From the NCBI GenBank assembly GCA_963767925.1, contig CAVYGB010000013.1, positions 128,001-192,000 of the forward strand: DNA of 64,000 bases, read 5' to 3'. Shown in pieces: positions 37,360-47,235 of the stretch. The notes beneath the pieces are model-generated. The model was not told the origin of the DNA. It ran no database searches and saw only the letters and a list, made by a program, of their open reading frames with translations. A program made the position numbers and the translations under genes. Origin of the DNA: an uncultured delta proteobacterium. GTDB taxonomy: Bacteria > Myxococcota_A > Polyangia > Fen-1088. Every line of letters begins with the position of its first letter. Position 1 is the stretch's first letter.

Positions 37360-40300
37360 ATGCGCAGCCCTCGGAGGGACCCTGGTGACCGGAGGCCTGG
37401 TCTCGTGTCGGCGCGGATCGCGCCGGCGTCCCTCGTCCTGCTGGCGCTGGTCGGCTGTGGCGCTGGCAGCGCCCCCCCGGCGCCGCCGCCCGCCGCCGCC
37501 GAGGGCGCCGCGCGCCCGCCCGCCACCCGGCCGGGGTGGCTGGCGGAGGTGCGCGAGGCGGTCGCCGCCGGCGAATACCGGATCCGAGGGCAGGGGACCA
37601 CCTTCGAGGCCGTCAACCGCTTGCAGGGCCTGCGCGCCCGCTGGTCGCGGGGCGAGCTGGGGGTGGCGGCGCGGACCGGCCATGGTGCGGATCGCGCCGA
37701 GACCATCAAGCTGCGCACCGTCGGTCTGGTCGGCCGAGGTGGGGCCAGGGCCGCCGCCGGCCCGCACCACCTGGGCGACTGTGGCGGGCTCGCCGTCAAG
37801 GACGAGAACGGCCAGTGCCTCCGGCGCCTCGAGCGCGCGGGGAACGGCCTCGTCGAGCGCTGGGAGAACCGGCCCGACGGCCTCGCCCACAGCTTCCTGG
37901 TCTCGCCGCCTCCCGCTGGCGCCCGACCCGGGGCCGACGGCTGGCTGGCGATCGAGGTCGCGGTCACCGGCGCGCGGGTCGAGCTCGCCGCCGGCAGCAC
38001 CAGCGCCGAGCTGATCGGCAAAGGTGGCCAGCGCCTGCGCTACGCCGGCCTCGCCGCCTGGGACGCCGACGAGAAGCGCCTGCCGGTGCGCATGCGCCGC
38101 GCGGCCGGAGGGATCCGGCTGGAGGTCGACGATCGGGGGGCTCGCTATCCGCTGCTCGTCGATCCGGTGCTGACCGCGGGGGCCTGGACCTCGGAGGGCA
38201 ACCAGGCCGACGCCGGCGTGACGATGGTGGTGGCCGGCGCGGGCGACGTGAACAACGACGGGTTCGACGACGTGCTCGTCTCGTTCCCCCGCTACGACGG
38301 CGGCGGCACCGACGCCGGCGTCGTGTACCTCTATTTCGGATCGGGGACCGGACCCGACACAACCGCCGACTGGACCTCGCAGGGGACCAGCGCGGCCGGG
38401 GCGGCGGCGGCCAGCGCCGATTCGCGCTTCGGCAACTCGATCGCCGGGGCCGGCGACGTGAACAACGACGGCTTCGCGGACGTGATCATCGGCCAGCCCC
38501 GCTTCAGCAACGGCCAGACCTTCGAGGGCCGGGCCTACCTCTTCCCGGGCTCGGCGGCCGGCCTGCCGGCCGTCCCCGCCTGGACGGTGGAGAGCGATCA
38601 GGCCAACGCCTTCCTGGGGCTGACGGTGGCCGGCCTCGGCGACATCAACGGGCCAGCGGGCGGGGCCAGCTTCGACGACGTGGCGGTGACCGCCGGGTCG
38701 TTCGACAGCAACGGGCTCACCGACAACGGCCGGGTGCTGGTCTACCTCGGCGCGGCCGGCGGCCTGGCGGCCGCCCCCTCCGACACCATCGACGGCGCCT
38801 TCTCGGCCTTCGGCCTCGGCACCCTGGCCGCCTCCGCCGGGGACGTCAACGGCGACGGCCGCAGCGACGTCATCCTGGCCTCGCCCTACTACAGCAACGG
38901 CGAGATGGACGAGGGCATCGCCTACGTCCACCTCGGTCGCGCCGACGGCACGCTCGAGCGGACCGGGGCCTTCACCTTCGAGACCAACGAGGCGGGCGCC
39001 CCCATCACCTCGGTCGCCGGCGTGGGTGACGTCAACGGGGACGGCTACGCCGACGTGGCCCTGGGCGTCCCGGGCAAGAACAACGGTGTCTCGGACGAGG
39101 GCGCCGTCCTGTTCTTCGCCGGCTCGGCCAGCGGGCTGGTGGCGGTCCCCACGATCCTCGGATCCAGCGACGGCGGCTCGAGCTTCGGCGTCACGGTGGC
39201 GGGACCGGGCGACGTCAACGGCGACGGCTACGCCGACATCGCCGTCGGGGCCTATCGCCGGGATACGCCCGGGCTGGCCAACGTCGGCAGCGTGACCCTG
39301 ATCGCCGGCTCGCGCGGCGGGCCGGCCATCACCGCCGCTACGCTTGCTGACACAATCCTGTACGGCATCGCCGCCGAAGACAACCTGGGCAACGCCCTGG
39401 CGGGTGCCGGCGACGTCAACGGGGACGGCTACGCCGACGTGATCGCCGGGTCCACCGGGGCCGACAACGGCCAGGCCAACGAGGGGCGGGCCTCGATCTA
39501 CTTCGGCTCGGCCAATACCAGCGGGCTGCGCGCGCTCAGCGATCTCGGGATCGAGAGCAACACCGCGGGCGCCGGGCTGGGGACGGCGCTGTCGGCAGCG
39601 GGCGATCTGAACGGCGACGGCTTCGGCGACTTCGTCGTGGCGGCGCCCAGCTTCGGCGGGGCCAACAACGGCACGGTGTTCGTCCACCTCGGCGCGGTGG
39701 GCGGGCCGGATGGCACGGCCGACGGCACCTTGACCGGGCCAGCGGGGGCCGGCTTCGGCGAGGCGGTGGCCGCGGCCGGGGACGTCAACGGCGACGGCTT
39801 CGCCGATCTCCTGGTCGGCGCCCCCAACTTCGGGGACGGGCAGGTCGACGAGGGGCGGATCTATCTCTATCCGGGGGCCAGCGGCGGCATCACCGCGGCC
39901 ACTGTCCCGGTCACCTTCGACAGCAACGTCGCCGGGGCCCTGCTGGGCTCGGCGGTGGGCGCGGCCGACGTCAACGGCGACGGCCTGTCCGACGTGGCGG
40001 CCGGGGCTCCCGGGCTGGCCAACGGACAGGTCGGCGAGGGGCGGGTCTACGTTCTGCGCGGCAGCCTGGCCGGCCTGACGACCGCCAGCCCGATCACGGT
40101 GGAGAGCGACCTCGCCCTCTCGCGCTTCGGCGCCGCGCTGGCCGGAGTCGGGGACGTGAACGCCGACGGCTACGCCGACCTCGCGGTCGGGGCGCCGGGC
40201 TACAGCAACGGGGAGATCGGGGAGGGTCGCCTCTACATCTATCCCGGCAGCGCCGCCGGCCTCGGCGCGCCCATCACCCGGGAGGTCGACGTGGCGGGCG

Positions 40301-42360
40301 CCGCGCTCGGCACCTCGGTGGCCGGCGCGGGCGACGCCGACGAGAACGGCTACGCCGACGTGATCGCGGGCGCCCCCGGATCGAACAGCGGGGCCGGGGT
40401 TGTCTACGTCTACGAGGCGACCGCCGCGGGGGTCACCGACACCCCCTTCTCCTACGCCTCGGCGGTGGCCGGCGCCAGCCTGGGCGCCGCGGTGGCGGGG
40501 GCGGGTGACCTCGACAACGACGGCGTGGGCGACGTTGTCGTGGGCGCGCCCGGCTACGCCAACGGCCAGGCCGGCGAGGGGGCCCTCTACGTCTTCCTCT
40601 CGGGCGGCACGGTGCTGCCCGGCATGCCTTCGGCGATCATCGAGGGTGGGACGGCGGACCTCCGCCTGGGCAGCGCGGTGGCCGGCGCCGGCGACCTCAA
40701 CGGCGACGGCGTGAGCGACGTCGTGGTGGGCGCGCCGGGCTACGCCAGCGGGCAGGCCGGCGAGGGCCGGGCCCTCGTGCACCTGGGGAACACGAACGGC
40801 CGGCCCTATCGGCTGCGCGCCCTGCGGCCGGGGACCAGCACCCCGGTGCAGGCGGGCAACGTCGTGCCGAGCTCGATGGCCGCCTTCGACATCGCGATCT
40901 TCGCCACCGGCCCGCTCGGGATCACCAACGTGCGGCTCGAGACCGAGGTCAAGCCGGTGGGCGTGCCCTTCGACGGCAACGGCACCGTGCTCGACCCCGG
41001 CTTCACCAGCACCGGGCTCGCTGGCGTGACCCTCACCCGCAGCGTCACCGGCCTGGCCGGGCGCACCCGTTACCACTTCCGGGCGCGCCTCCATTACGAC
41101 CCGGCCCAGCGCACGCTGCTCGGCCTGACCACCCCCTGGATCAACGGGGGCGCGCTGGGCGACGCCGGCGGCGTCCACCTGCGCACCGACGGGGTGGGCC
41201 TGGGGACCGCCTGCACCATGGCCAGCGACTGCGGCTCGGGCTTCTGCGTGGACGGGGTCTGCTGTGACACCGACTGTGGCGGCGGCGCGACCGGCGACTG
41301 CCGGGCCTGCACCATGGCGGCCGGTGGCACCCTGGCCAGCGGCATCTGCAGCGACCGGGCGGTCGCCGCCACCTGCAGCGACGGCAACGGCTGCACGGCC
41401 GCCGACACCTGTCAGGCGGGCGGCGTCTGCCAGCCCGGGACTGCGGTCACCTGCACGGCGATGTCCCAGTGCCACGACCTGGGGGTGTGCAACCCCGCGA
41501 CCGGCATGTGCACCAACCCGACCAAGGCCGACGGCACCACCTGCAACGACAACAGCATGTGCACGACCGGCGAGACCTGCCAGGCGGGGGCCTGCGCCAG
41601 CGGCACCGCCACCGTCTGCCCGCCGATGTCGACCTGCCACGACCCGGGCGTCTGCAACCCGGGCACCGGCACCTGCTCCACCCCGGTCAAGGCGGACGGG
41701 TCGTCATGCAGCGACGGCAACCTGTGCACGCAGACCGACACCTGCACGGCGGGCGTGTGCAACGGCGCCAACCCCGTGACCTGCGCCGCTCCCAACGCCT
41801 GCCAGGATCCCGGCACCTGCGTGGCCGCCACCGGCCTCTGCAGCTACCCGCCCAAGCCCGACGGCACCGCCTGCAGCGACGGAAACCTGTGCACGGGCAC
41901 GGACGTTTGCACGGCCGGGTCCTGCGTGGGCCCCGCCGTGGACTGCAATGACGGCAACGTGTGCACCACCGACACCTGCGTCCTCGCCACCGGCTGCGTG
42001 CGCACGCCGGTGGTCGGCTGCGTGCCGACCGACGGCGGCGCTGACGCCTCGGGCGACGGGCCCCGCGACGGCGCGGGGGATGGGGCCGGCGACGCCTCGG
42101 GCGACGGGGCCCGCGACGGCGCCTCCGGTGACGCCCGCCCGGCCGATGGCGCGACCGGCGACGCCCGCGACGCCGCCCGGGACACCACCTCCGCCGATCG
42201 CCCCGCCGACACGCGAGCCAGCGACGGCGGCGCGTCCATCCGGCGGGTCGGGGGCGGCGGCGGCTGCGACTGCGACGTCGGGCGCGGCCAGGGCACCCTG
42301 CAGGCACCCCTGCTGCTGCTCGGCCTCGGGCTGATCTGGTACCGGCGGCGCCGCCGCTAG
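37360..42360 (+). CDS. Large FG-GAP (integrin-alpha beta-propeller) repeat surface protein with Cys-rich repeats and a MYXO-CTERM anchor
   Basis: About 14 AGDVNGDGYADxxVGAP repeats; CVDGVCC and CSDGNxCT repeats; C-terminus GGGGGCDC...LLLLGLGLIWYRRRRR; lipobox-like LVGC; start 37342 or 37360. Confidence 0.9.
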   Translation: MRSPRRDPGDRRPGLVSARIAPASLVLLALVGCGAGSAPPAPPPAAAEGAARPPATRPGWLAEVREAVAAGEYRIRGQGTTFEAVNRLQGLRARWSRGELGVAARTGHGADRAETIKLRTVGLVGRGGARAAAGPHHLGDCGGLAVKDENGQCLRRLERAGNGLVERWENRPDGLAHSFLVSPPPAGARPGADGWLAIEVAVTGARVELAAGSTSAELIGKGGQRLRYAGLAAWDADEKRLPVRMRRAAGGIRLEVDDRGARYPLLVDPVLTAGAWTSEGNQADAGVTMVVAGAGDVNNDGFDDVLVSFPRYDGGGTDAGVVYLYFGSGTGPDTTADWTSQGTSAAGAAAASADSRFGNSIAGAGDVNNDGFADVIIGQPRFSNGQTFEGRAYLFPGSAAGLPAVPAWTVESDQANAFLGLTVAGLGDINGPAGGASFDDVAVTAGSFDSNGLTDNGRVLVYLGAAGGLAAAPSDTIDGAFSAFGLGTLAASAGDVNGDGRSDVILASPYYSNGEMDEGIAYVHLGRADGTLERTGAFTFETNEAGAPITSVAGVGDVNGDGYADVALGVPGKNNGVSDEGAVLFFAGSASGLVAVPTILGSSDGGSSFGVTVAGPGDVNGDGYADIAVGAYRRDTPGLANVGSVTLIAGSRGGPAITAATLADTILYGIAAEDNLGNALAGAGDVNGDGYADVIAGSTGADNGQANEGRASIYFGSANTSGLRALSDLGIESNTAGAGLGTALSAAGDLNGDGFGDFVVAAPSFGGANNGTVFVHLGAVGGPDGTADGTLTGPAGAGFGEAVAAAGDVNGDGFADLLVGAPNFGDGQVDEGRIYLYPGASGGITAATVPVTFDSNVAGALLGSAVGAADVNGDGLSDVAAGAPGLANGQVGEGRVYVLRGSLAGLTTASPITVESDLALSRFGAALAGVGDVNADGYADLAVGAPGYSNGEIGEGRLYIYPGSAAGLGAPITREVDVAGAALGTSVAGAGDADENGYADVIAGAPGSNSGAGVVYVYEATAAGVTDTPFSYASAVAGASLGAAVAGAGDLDNDGVGDVVVGAPGYANGQAGEGALYVFLSGGTVLPGMPSAIIEGGTADLRLGSAVAGAGDLNGDGVSDVVVGAPGYASGQAGEGRALVHLGNTNGRPYRLRALRPGTSTPVQAGNVVPSSMAAFDIAIFATGPLGITNVRLETEVKPVGVPFDGNGTVLDPGFTSTGLAGVTLTRSVTGLAGRTRYHFRARLHYDPAQRTLLGLTTPWINGGALGDAGGVHLRTDGVGLGTACTMASDCGSGFCVDGVCCDTDCGGGATGDCRACTMAAGGTLASGICSDRAVAATCSDGNGCTAADTCQAGGVCQPGTAVTCTAMSQCHDLGVCNPATGMCTNPTKADGTTCNDNSMCTTGETCQAGACASGTATVCPPMSTCHDPGVCNPGTGTCSTPVKADGSSCSDGNLCTQTDTCTAGVCNGANPVTCAAPNACQDPGTCVAATGLCSYPPKPDGTACSDGNLCTGTDVCTAGSCVGPAVDCNDGNVCTTDTCVLATGCVRTPVVGCVPTDGGADASGDGPRDGAGDGAGDASGDGARDGASGDARPADGATGDARDAARDTTSADRPADTRASDGGASIRRVGGGGGCDCDVGRGQGTLQAPLLLLGLGLIWYRRRRR

Positions 42361-42538
42361 CCCCCTGGAAAGGTGATTTCTTGCATATCTCGCCGGTCCT
42401 CTTCGTCCCTGGCGGCGTTGCTCGCCGGTCGAATACGCCAGGTATTCGCCCTTCTCGCGCCTTGCCAGGAACGAAGATGCCTCGCCGACATACGCAAGAC
42501 TTCACCGTTCCAGGGGATTGAGCAGACCGAACGGTCTT

Positions 42539-42724
42539 CCCGGAGCCCCCTCACCCCTCCCTGTCCCCGCTTGCGCGGGGCGAGGGCGAACGGGTTAGGG
42601 GAGGCCGAGATCCCGGAGGAACGCGGCCGGGATCGTTTGCCCGGGAGATGAGGGTGGCAGTCTCCGCGAGCTGTTCGCCCTCGCCCCGCGGCAGCGGGGA
42701 GGGGGGGGGTGAGGGGGCTCCGGG
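42539..42724. repeat. Inverted pair of REP-like palindromic elements
   Basis: CCCGGAGCCCCCTCACCCC...GGGGCGAGGGCGAAC and its reverse complement GTTCGCCCTCGCCCC...GGGGTGAGGGGGCTCCGGG between convergent genes. Confidence 0.75.
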
Positions 42725-42725
42725 G

Positions 42726-43592
42726 TCAGCGGGGACGCCGGGTCAGGCGTTCCCGCAGCCAGGGCAAGCCGTAGGTCGCCGCCACCCGGGGCAGGGCGCT
42801 GGGTCGGTCGGAGAGCAGGGGCTTGAGGACCAGGTGGCGCAGGTAGCGGGACACGCCCGCCCGCAGGTGGAGCTGGGGACGGGTGGCCACCCAGCGCTCC
42901 ACCAGATGCCGCCGCAGCCGCAGCGGCCGGTGCCGCTCGAGCGCGAGCGGTGGGATGGCGCTGCCGCCGGCCCGCAGGGTATCGGCCAGCAGGACCAGGG
43001 GCAGGCTCAGCGCCGCGCGCCGGGCGCGCGCCTCGCACAGGTCCCAGTCGATCGGCTGCCGGGCCAGCAAGTGGCGGCAGTCGGCGGTGTGCCGGTCGTC
43101 GAGCGCGTAACAGTGGTTGGCGTGGTGGGCGGCGGCGTAGAGGATCTGGTCCTCCGCGCACAGCGAGAGGATCGGCCCATCGACGCTGTCCCAGGCCACC
43201 GCCCGGGCCAGCAGCTCGCGGGGGGCCAGCTCGAACCAGACCGGCTCGGTGAGGCCGCGGTGTAGATCGACCGTGAGGGCCCCCGCCGGCGGCTGGAAGG
43301 TCCACTCCTTGTGTCCGAAGTAGCGGTCGTAGGCCGTGGCGCCGTTGAAGTCGTAGCGCTGGAACCCGCGCGCCGTCAGCTCCGTCGCGAAGGCGGCGAA
43401 GGCCTCCGGCTGCACGAGGATGTCGACGTCGCAGCCGGTGCGCGCGCCCCGGCCGCCGTACAGCACCGGGTCGGCCCAGGCGGCCTTGAGGTAGACCACC
43501 TTGCTGCCGACCTTGCGCCCGATCTCGTCCAGCGCGCCCCGCTGGGCCTTGATGAGCAGGCTCTGGACCAGGCCGGCGTTGCTTGCCTTCAC
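42726..43592 (-). CDS. Nucleotidyltransferase family protein (NTP_transf_5-like)
   Basis: VYLKAAWADPVLYGG..AR..CDVDILV (LKG...R...DxD pattern), VDLH, IDW motifs. Confidence 0.82.
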   Translation of the reverse strand: MKASNAGLVQSLLIKAQRGALDEIGRKVGSKVVYLKAAWADPVLYGGRGARTGCDVDILVQPEAFAAFATELTARGFQRYDFNGATAYDRYFGHKEWTFQPPAGALTVDLHRGLTEPVWFELAPRELLARAVAWDSVDGPILSLCAEDQILYAAAHHANHCYALDDRHTADCRHLLARQPIDWDLCEARARRAALSLPLVLLADTLRAGGSAIPPLALERHRPLRLRRHLVERWVATRPQLHLRAGVSRYLRHLVLKPLLSDRPSALPRVAATYGLPWLRERLTRRPR

Positions 43593-43605
43593 CTGGCCGT
43601 CACCT

Positions 43606-43653
43606 GCTCATCGGCTCATCGGCTCATCGGCTCATCGGCTCATCGGCTCATCG
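43606..43653. repeat. 8-bp tandem repeat x6 (GCTCATCG)
   Basis: Six perfect copies between the etfA stop and the nucleotidyltransferase start. Confidence 0.92.
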
Positions 43654-43691
43654 GCGCACGGCTGTCGCCGTGGGCGCTGATCAGCCCCTGG

Positions 43692-44663
43692 TCAGCCCTT
43701 GCCCTTGGCCTTCTTGATCTCGGCGATGAGGGCGGGGATGGCGGTCTCCCAGGTGGCCACCAGGCCGTAGTCGGCGACCTGGAAGATGGGGGCCTCGGGG
43801 TCCTTGTTGATGGCGACGATGACCTTCGAGCCCTTCATGCCGGCCAGGTGCTGGATGGCGCCCGAGATGGCCACCGCGATGTACAGGTTGGGCGCCACCA
43901 CCTTGCCGGTCTGGCCCACCTGCAGATCGTTGGGCACCATGCCGGCGTCGGCCGCGGCCCGGCTGGCGCCGAGGGCGCCGCCCAGCAGGTCGGTCAGCTC
44001 CTCCAGCACGCTGAAGTTCTCGCCGGTCTTCATGCCGCGCCCGCCCGAGACGACCACCTTCGCCTCGGTCAGCTCGGGGCGAACGCTCTTGGTGGCGTGG
44101 ACCGCCACCAGCTCGGCCCCCAGCGTCTCGGGCGCCGCCACCGTGCCGGTCTCGACCGCCCCCGCGGCCGCCGCCGGCGCCGCCGGCGGGAACTCGGTCT
44201 GGCGCACGGTCGCCACCACGAGCGGCGTCAGCACCTCGACGTCGGCCAGCGCGTTGCCCGCGTAGGTCGGTCGGCGGAAGCTCTTCGGGCCGCAGCACCT
44301 TGGAGACGTCGCTGGCCATGCCCGCCTCCAGCAGGGCCGCCACCCGGGGCAAGATGTCCTTGCCGGTCGAGGTGGCGGAGCCGAGCAGCGCTGCCGCCCC
44401 CGCCTGCTTGACCGCCGCCGCCAGCACCGGCGCGTAGGTCTCGGCCAGGACCGGCCGCCAGGCCCGGGGCCTCGAGGCGGATCACCTTGTCCACGATAGG
44501 CGGCCGTCTGGGTGGCGGCGGCGCCGGTGTCGGCGCCCACCAGCAGGGCCACCACCGGACCGCCTGGTGTTTGGCCAGCTCGCGCGCGGCGGTCACCGCC
44601 GGCAGCGCGCTGGACTGCATCCCCTCGGGGCCACTCTCCACGAAGACCGCGACGCGCGCCCAT
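43692..44663 (-). CDS. etfA: Electron transfer flavoprotein alpha subunit (frameshifted in this sequence)
   Basis: [56 protein letters not shown]-terminus spread across frames. Confidence 0.9.
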   Translation of the reverse strand: MGARRGLRGEWPRGDAVQRAAGGDRRARAGQTPGGPVVALLVGADTGAAATQTAAYRGQGDPPRGPGPGGRSWPRPTRRCWRRRSSRRGRQRCSAPPPRPARTSCPGWRPCWRRAWPATSPRCCGPKSFRRPTYAGNALADVEVLTPLVVATVRQTEFPPAAPAAAAGAVETGTVAAPETLGAELVAVHATKSVRPELTEAKVVVSGGRGMKTGENFSVLEELTDLLGGALGASRAAADAGMVPNDLQVGQTGKVVAPNLYIAVAISGAIQHLAGMKGSKVIVAINKDPEAPIFQVADYGLVATWETAIPALIAEIKKAKGKG

Positions 44664-45487
44664 CAGAGCACCTTCGCTTCGGTTCGTGAGCTTGGCCACC
44701 AGCTCCTCGACCGAGGCCACCTTCTGACCCGCCTTGCGCGCCTCGGGCGCGGCGTGGCCGGTGGTCTTGACGAGCTGGGCGCCCGTCGACCCCCAGTGAC
44801 TCGGCGGTGATCTCTTTTATCTCTTTCTTCTTGGCGGCCATGATCCCCTTCAGCGAAGCGTAGCGCTGGCTCTCCTCCCACTCGGCCTCGGCGGGCGCGA
44901 GGGCGGCGTTGCGGACCGCCTTCTTGCCGATGATGCGCAGGTCGACGGTCAGCACCGCCGGCAGGGGGACCCGCTTCTCCTCGACGCCGGCGTCCACCTC
45001 GCGTGTGACGGTGGCCGACTTGCCGTCGGCCGCCAGCATCACGCTGGCCAGGAAGGTCGCCTGGGGCCAGCCCAGGTAGCCCGCCAGGAGCTGCCCCACC
45101 TGGTTGGAGTCGCCGTCGACCGCCTGCTTGCCCAGCACCACCAGGTCGGGCGACTCGGCCTTCACCAGCGCCGCCAGCGTGCGCGCCACCTCGTCGGCGT
45201 CGAGGGCCGTGTCGTCCCCCGCCACCAGGATGCCCGCGGTCGGCGCCCATGGCCAGCAGACCTCGCATCTGCTGGGTGACCTCCTTGGGGCCGATGCTCA
45301 CGAGCACCACCTCGCCGGCGTGCTCGCCGCCCTTGCCCTTCTCGGTCAGTCGAAGCGCCGTCTCGACCGCGTATTCGTCGAAGGGATTGACCTGCCAGCT
45401 CGCGCCAGACAGGTCCAGCCCGCCCCCGGCGAACTTCAGCTTCTGTTCCGGGTTGGGCACCCGCTTGATGGGAACGAGTATTTTCAC
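44663..45487 (-). CDS. etfB: Electron transfer flavoprotein beta subunit (frameshifted in this sequence)
   Basis: [59 protein letters not shown]. Confidence 0.9.
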   Translation of the reverse strand: MKILVPIKRVPNPEQKLKFAGGGLDLSGASWQVNPFDEYAVETALRLTEKGKGGEHAGEVVLVSIGPKEVTQQMRGLLAMGADRGHPGGGGRHGPRRRRGGAHAGGAGEGRVARPGGAGQAGGRRRLQPGGAAPGGLPGLAPGDLPGQRDAGGRRQVGHRHTRGGRRRRGEAGPPAGGADRRPAHHRQEGGPQRRPRARRGRVGGEPALRFAEGDHGRQEERDKRDHRRVTGGRRAPSSSRPPATPRPRRARRVRRWPRSRSWWPSSRTEAKVL

Positions 45488-45531
45488 GCGTCCTCCGAGG
45501 TCTCTGCGAGGTGAAGCGGCGCTGGCGCCGG

Positions 45532-46047
45532 TCAGGGTGGATCCGCTCTCAGCGGTGCGACGAGCGCCTCTTCGAGACAGCGCAAGATGTTGTCGTTCAG
45601 GTCGACGAGGTAGACGGTCGTCGGCTTGGGCTGCCGGTGGGCGCGCAGCTCGTCGACGATGGCCCGGCGGCGTCCGAGGGGTCGACGCCGCCGAGGCCGG
45701 TCCCCATGCCCGGCAGGGCGATGGTCTCGAAGCTCGTGATGTGCGGCGGCGATCAGGGCGGCGCGGGTCGCCCGCCGCACGTTTTCGACCCCGACCTTCT
45801 CGCCCGGCTCTTCCATGGTCGGCGCGTGAATGACGTGTTTCGCCCAGAGCTGCCCGGCGTCGTGACCACCGCGGCGCCAACCGCGATGGGGGCCAGCGAC
45901 ATGGCCTCGCGCTGGATGCGACGGCCCGCCCTTGCGGGACAGGGCGCCGGCCACGCCGCCGCCCATGATTCCCAAGGAATTCGCGGGGTTGACCACGGCA
46001 TCCACCGGCATCTCCGTGATGTCGCTCTTGGCGATGTGGATCACCAT
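45532..46047 (-). CDS. Macro domain (ADP-ribose binding/processing) protein (frameshifted)
   Basis: SDITEMPVDAVVNPANSLGIMGGGVAGAL, KHVIHAPTM; the AVVTT and IALPGMGTG segments are in other frames. Confidence 0.85.
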   Translation of the reverse strand: MVIHIAKSDITEMPVDAVVNPANSLGIMGGGVAGALSRKGGPSHPARGHVAGPHRGWRRGGHDAGQLWAKHVIHAPTMEEPGEKVGVENVRRATRAALIAAAHHELRDHRPAGHGDRPRRRRPLGRRRAIVDELRAHRQPKPTTVYLVDLNDNILRCLEEALVAPLRADPP

Positions 46048-46197
46048 CGACGCGCTCGCAAGCTGCCCCGACGGCCGACCCGCCAGCCACCCCGACGACT
46101 GAGCTTGAGCGTTCGGACGATCAATTCGCCGGACACGGTAGCACTGGGCGGCGCGACCCAGCAAGCGTCGCGGCCACCCGCCCCGCCGGGCCCACGC

Positions 46198-46288
46198 CCG
46201 GACTTCGGTTCCGGACTTCGGTTCCGGACTTCAGTTCCGGACTTCGGTTCCAGACTTCGGTTCCAGACTTCGGTTCCGGACTTCGGCC
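46198..46288. repeat. 13-bp tandem repeat x7 (CCGGACTTCGGTT)
   Basis: Seven near-identical units abutting the carD stop codon. Confidence 0.92.
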
Positions 46289-46788
46289 TAAGAGGTCCCC
46301 TCGGACAGCACCTGCTCGAGCTCCTTCACCACCGCGGCCTCGTCCGCCTTCCGGGCGGCCGAGATCTCCTGGACGATGAGCCCGCGGGCGGTGTCCAGCA
46401 TGCGCCGCTCGCCGAAGGAGAGCGTCTTGGTGGTCTTGAGCCGGAATAGGTCACGAAACACCTCCGCAACCTCGAACAGCGAGCCGCTCTTGATCTTCTC
46501 CATGAAGCCCCGATAGCGGCGGTTCCAGGTGTGCCGGTCGCAGCGCACCGCCTTCTCACGCAGGATCTGCAGGACCTCCTCGACGTCGTCGGCGCCGGCG
46601 ACCGGCCGCAGCCCGACCTGCCCGGCCTTGTCGGTGGGGACGAGGATCCGGAGCCCGTTGTCCTCCAGGCGCAGGACGTAAAAGCTCTGGACGCTGCCGT
46701 GGATCTCCTTCTTCTCGATGCCGAGAACCTCGGCGATCCCCCGCGACGGATAGACGGCCTTCTGACCGATGGCGAACGTGACCGACAC
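46288..46788 (-). CDS. carD: CarD/CdnL family RNA polymerase-binding transcription factor
   Basis: F.IGQKAVYP..G, ILVPT....VGLR, TWNRRYRGFMEKIKSGS, LSFGERRMLDTAR; GTG start with GGAGG RBS. Confidence 0.92.
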   Translation of the reverse strand: MSVTFAIGQKAVYPSRGIAEVLGIEKKEIHGSVQSFYVLRLEDNGLRILVPTDKAGQVGLRPVAGADDVEEVLQILREKAVRCDRHTWNRRYRGFMEKIKSGSLFEVAEVFRDLFRLKTTKTLSFGERRMLDTARGLIVQEISAARKADEAAVVKELEQVLSEGTS

Positions 46789-47235
46789 TGCTTTACCTCC
46801 GAACGCGGAAGGTTGACGGACCCGGGCGTCCACAGGGGCGCAAAGGTAGGATATACAACTCTACTCCATAGAAAGAGTCGGGGTCCACCCCGTGTGCCAG
46901 GAACGCCTGCCCGCAAGCGGCATCTCCCGGGAACGTGAACGAATTTTTACCGAGAGAAAACCCGACGCGGATCCGGAGGGCTCCGGAAGCACCACGGCGC
47001 GATCGCGCTGAGCCGTCGCCGCCGCCGCGCTGCCGTCACGGAGAAATTCAGCGGCGAAGTCCAGGGCTTCCCGGCCGCCGCGATGGCTGACGCGCGCTTG
47101 CCCCCACCGCCGCTCGACCGGTACCCTTACATGCATGTCCCGCGACCACCGTTGCGGGGCAGGGAGGCAGAGCCGGTGTGGGGTGGGATGGGGAGGAAGC
47201 CAGCGGGGCTCGGTCGCCTCCGTGCAGGAACACTG

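Noticed and set aside
36937..41640. 1567-aa minus-strand ORF (and similar long ORFs at 12105-16400, 17176-20760, 20757-24893 and 47242-51312)
   Set aside because: These are shadow or off-frame ORFs caused by high GC and codon bias of the real genes; only the last 97 codons of 36937-41640 (PqqD) look genuine.
46198..46288. Possible CRISPR array (also considered for 33196-33250 and 43606-43653)
   Set aside because: The units are 8-13 bp, directly tandem with no unique spacers, and no cas genes are present.
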